Source: Iphione sp. A-MEVVRFRX5 (taxonomy: Eukaryota). From it: 64,000 nucleotides of DNA. A program made the position numbers and the translations under genes. Under the pieces are notes generated by a model. The model ran no database searches and was not told the DNA's origin. It saw only the letters and a program-made list of their open reading frames with translations. This document shows, piece by piece, positions 60,534 through 64,000 of the stretch. The stretch covers positions 1,550,001-1,614,000 of the forward strand of contig OZ320323.1 in the NCBI GenBank assembly GCA_976226885.1. The letters run 5' to 3'. Positions within the stretch are counted from its first letter, which is position 1. Every line of letters starts with the position of its first letter.

Positions 60534-63291
60534 TTAGTCCTCATCCTCTGACTCCTCGTATCCCAGCTCTCGAGCATTGCTCAAGTGCCAAGGCAGGGGT
60601 GCAACATGGGTGAAGTATTTGGCATACGCGTCTCTCACTGCAATTCCGTCTCGTCGCATTCGATGGGCGGTGGGTCTGGTGTCCCTGAAAATGTTGGTTT
60701 CCCGTCTAGCTGTGTCGCGTACCAACTTGATCTTGGCCGGGGTGGTATGGGCCTGAATCATGTTGTGGAGAATACAACACACATGTACAACCATGGTAAG
60801 CATATGAGGATCGAGGCAGATGCTGGTGTGGAACATCCTCCATCTCACTGCCAGGATGCCAAACATGGACTCGACCATACGTCGGGCTCTGGACAGCCTC
60901 TTGTTGAAGATGGTCTTGTGTCGGGCGTTCGATTTTCCAGGGAAGGGTCGCATCAGGTTAGGAGATAGGGGGAAGGCCTCATCGCCGACGAAGATGAAGG
61001 GCAGAGGCCCCAGATGATCAGCACCCGGTAGAACTGTTGGTGGTGGTAGATTCAGGGCGCCAGCATTCAATGCCTTACCAAATGAGCACCGGCCAAAAAT
61101 TCCAGCATCACTGTTCTTTCCATAACTGCGAGTAGGTAGCTGGAATCAAGAGAGATGCAATATTAGAGGTTATTGTGTAATAATCAATCAGGCAAATATC
61201 CATGTACATATCAGAAATAAGGTCGGGCAAACGGATAATCGGAACAACGGAGAGTCGGAAAATTGATAATCGGTAAAACAGATAATTGAGATGTAAATTA
61301 TTATGGCACTCACACTTGTAATTGTAGAATAGAGATCCAGACCATTTGGGGCAAAACATCTTTATGTGTTTGCCATCCACTGCACCTAGGCATGTTGGGT
61401 AGTCCCAGCTCTCGCCGAAGTTGGCTGCGACATTCCTCCATTCTTCTGCGGTGGAAGGCATTTTCATGTAATCATCATGCAATTCCTTGTTAATGGCGGT
61501 TGCCACCTCACGGATGATCCTGTGAACTGTAGTACGGCCAAGCCGGTACTGCAGTGCGAGGCTCTTTTGAGATTCTCCAGTCGCTGCATACCTGTGACAA
61601 AGACATTACACACACTTATTGCGATGTCACCACACAAGACGAGGAGGTTGTCGAGATAGAGCGCAAAGCTAAAGACACTACACGACAACCTGTAGGTGTG
61701 AAAAAACAAAGGGTCAGTAAAAAGGTCTCTGCTGGTGTCGTTGAGGTGAGGAACCTCAATGAGAAAGCTGGCACCTTCAATGATCATATGGCGATGGCCG
61801 TAAAGTGTCTGGAGAAGGTGACGCACAGCCCTGGACGAAGGGGCGACTTCCTCGGCCTTACAATTGGAGTGCGCCAAACTGGTGAAGGAATGGCGCAATC
61901 CAAAGTGGCGCCCCTGGGTACAAATTGTGGAAGATGCACAAGATCTACATCTGCTCGAGAGGGACATGTTCCTGCACAGAGTGAGGAATGAACTTTTCGA
62001 ACTGAGATACCATAACAGGCCATCAACAAGCACACCTACCACGCATGTTTCCCAGTATCCAGCAACACCCACAACCACCCAACATGTCACTCCAAACAAC
62101 AGAGTGCAGAAGCGACTAATAAATGATGAACCCTCTGAATATGGGCATACTCAGAGCGTCCCTGAAGCTGGGGGGTTCACCGAGCTGCTCGGTCAGGCCA
62201 ACAACATTGTGAATAATGTATACGGCAAACAGTACTATTGAATGGAATCATACCACCAGAACAAGCAAGTTTTTTGATAGGAGTGTTTACAAAGAAATTC
62301 TGTAGTAATATTTCTGTGGTACATATAGAGGTGATGTGACTAATTTTCTTTTTTCCAGCCGACAACCTTTAGTACATTCAATTTGGACTCATATTGTTTA
62401 CTTGTATTCTAGCCTGTCAATCGGATCAATAAAAATTTCATTCTTGAATGCTACTTTGTCAAACTGCACAATAAATAGGGCATACCAGTGTAAAACAATA
62501 GCAACAATGCTTACAAATATGCATCAGTGCCATTATTAACGGTTAAACAAGGAAAACGGATGTTCGGTAATTATTGCACAAAAGGCCCGAATTTACATTT
62601 GGAATATCTCAACCAAGTTACAGATAATCGGTTGAACGGATGTTCGGTAAATATTTGGCAAACGCACAAAATTACATTTTGGAATAAAACAACACAGTTA
62701 TCAAGGTAAGCGGAGAAACGGTTAATCGGTAAAACGGATGTTCAGACGTACGGATAATCAGAGAATAAAAATTTTAAAAAAAATTATTAAAAAAAAAGGA
62801 ATACAGACCTGAGAAATATGGCTATTCTCAACACAGTAATCAAGACAAGCGGAGAAACGGTTAATCGGTAAAACGGATGTTCGGATGAACTGATAAATGG
62901 AGGAAAAAAAAAAAAAATTAATAACGAAAATGAATACATACCTGAGAAATATGGCTACTCTCTCTTTAGGGCAAATGATGTGTCTGTTCCGCGGCCTCCT
63001 CTTCAGGTACGGTGTCAATCGGTGAACGACCTTGTTGAACTGGGGAATGGTCAGGCGAAAGTAGCCTCTAAAGGCCTCATTCCAGTGAAGAAAATCTTGA
63101 ATCAAGGTATGGAAAGCCCCCAAGATGTTCCGCTTCTCGATGATGGGGTCTTGCCAGTACTGATGTTTCCTCTTTTCGTTAGCAACTTCTTCCACTGTTT
63201 TCATGACAGTTGGACTGTAAAACAAGGTGTACGCTTGTTCGAAAGCCTGGAATATCACAGACGTAAGGACCAACTCCTGTGGAGTCAACAT
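60534..63291 (-). pseudogene. Harbinger transposase (HARBI1-like), exons 63291-62942, 61591-61314, 61139-60534
   Basis: FRGYFRL..KERVAIFLR|YAATGESQ..CLGAVDGKHI..NYK|..SDAGIF..VGDEAFP..FN.RLSRARRMVESMFG; GT-AG introns; a deletion after NYKSTYS removes the IVLxAxxD segment and shifts the frame. Confidence 0.92.
61640..62241 (+). pseudogene. Probable 3' exon of the accessory gene (BESS-like helix), inside transposase intron 1
   Basis: Lys-rich linker then LHLLERDMFLHRVRNELFELRY and a Ser/Thr/Pro tail; one frameshift. Confidence 0.55.
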
Positions 63292-64000
63292 CGTGACGGA
63301 GATACGGATAATTGGGCCAAAAAACGTCCGAAGAGGGTGAATTCTTCTGTCAAAGTGGTGGTTGGCGCTAAAATTTGGCGGGTTTATAAACATCCATTAC
63401 TAGGGACTGCGTCACTTCCGTGGGAGTCCCCGGGGTTTCCCCAAGTGCAAACGCACTCAAACGCACGGACGCTACCGCATGTAAGGAACACCCCTGTGCG
63501 GCGGTCTGCAGCAGTGTACGGAGAAAAGGTGCAAAAACCAATTAGCACCCCGTCGATGCGTTTACCGCACTGAAACTCACACGCATACCAAAGCATGTCG
63601 CCGCATGTATGGAAACCGGGCCTAAGTGGAGGATTATCCCCCTAACTTAGTTTTCCCTGATCGTCATCTAGAGTAGTTGGATGTCTAGCAACTCACGTAA
63701 GCACCTCTCTCTGCAGAAAACATATCCCCAATTACAAATTTCCACTCAGAGTTCCACCAGATCTTCAGCTTGGACTTTGGGTTTTCCATCAAGGCATTCC
63801 ACGCTCCTAACACTTTGTATCTTAGTGACCCCATGAATTTCGTCTGCTTAGAACGAGGCAATGAATCCTACGTGATGCACCACGCCGGGTGTTAGTAGTC
63901 CTCTTCCAGGGCAGTAGTCTCAGCTTCTGCACCACTGTCAGACCTTTCCTCTCAATGCAGTTGTCCACTTTCTCAATGCCCAAGTGCGAATGCAGTTGCT

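Larger units (their letters stand above)
60180..63625. mobile_element. PIF/Harbinger DNA transposon (left end not identified)
   Basis: DDE transposase plus MADF/Myb-like partner; right terminus ...atggaaaccgggcc followed by TAA (63623-63625). Confidence 0.88.

Noticed and set aside
62980-63573. 197-aa plus-strand ORF, and similar antisense ORFs over RT regions
   Set aside because: Shadow frames opposite recognisable transposase or RT coding sequence.

Overview
Animal (intron-containing, probably invertebrate) repeat-dense DNA with no intact host gene. 1-7.1 kb is a ~2.0-2.2 kb tandem array amplifying the last two exons of a SENP6/7-type SUMO protease. The rest is a nested transposon pile, almost all on the minus strand: at least five CR1/L2-group LINE ORF2s, about 12 SGNH-esterase modules, two Ngaro-type tyrosine-recombinase retrotransposons (one essentially intact, 24213-28803), Penelope-like remnants, a piggyBac-like MITE, a tRNA-headed SINE and a PIF/Harbinger transposon. 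The best candidate for an undescribed system is a LINE family with three ORFs: ORF1 (coiled coil-RRM-CTD) fused to a NADAR/YbiA ADP-ribose N-glycosidase domain, a separate SGNH hydrolase ORF, and APE-RT ORF2. A near-intact copy spans 48205-55277. Four more NADAR domains in divergent relatives lie at ~22.1, 30.6, 56.2 and 57.0 kb, and three of them form an apparently non-catalytic subtype. All protein assignments come from motif recognition by eye; no database search was run, so novelty is unverified. Coordinates of degenerate pieces are approximate.
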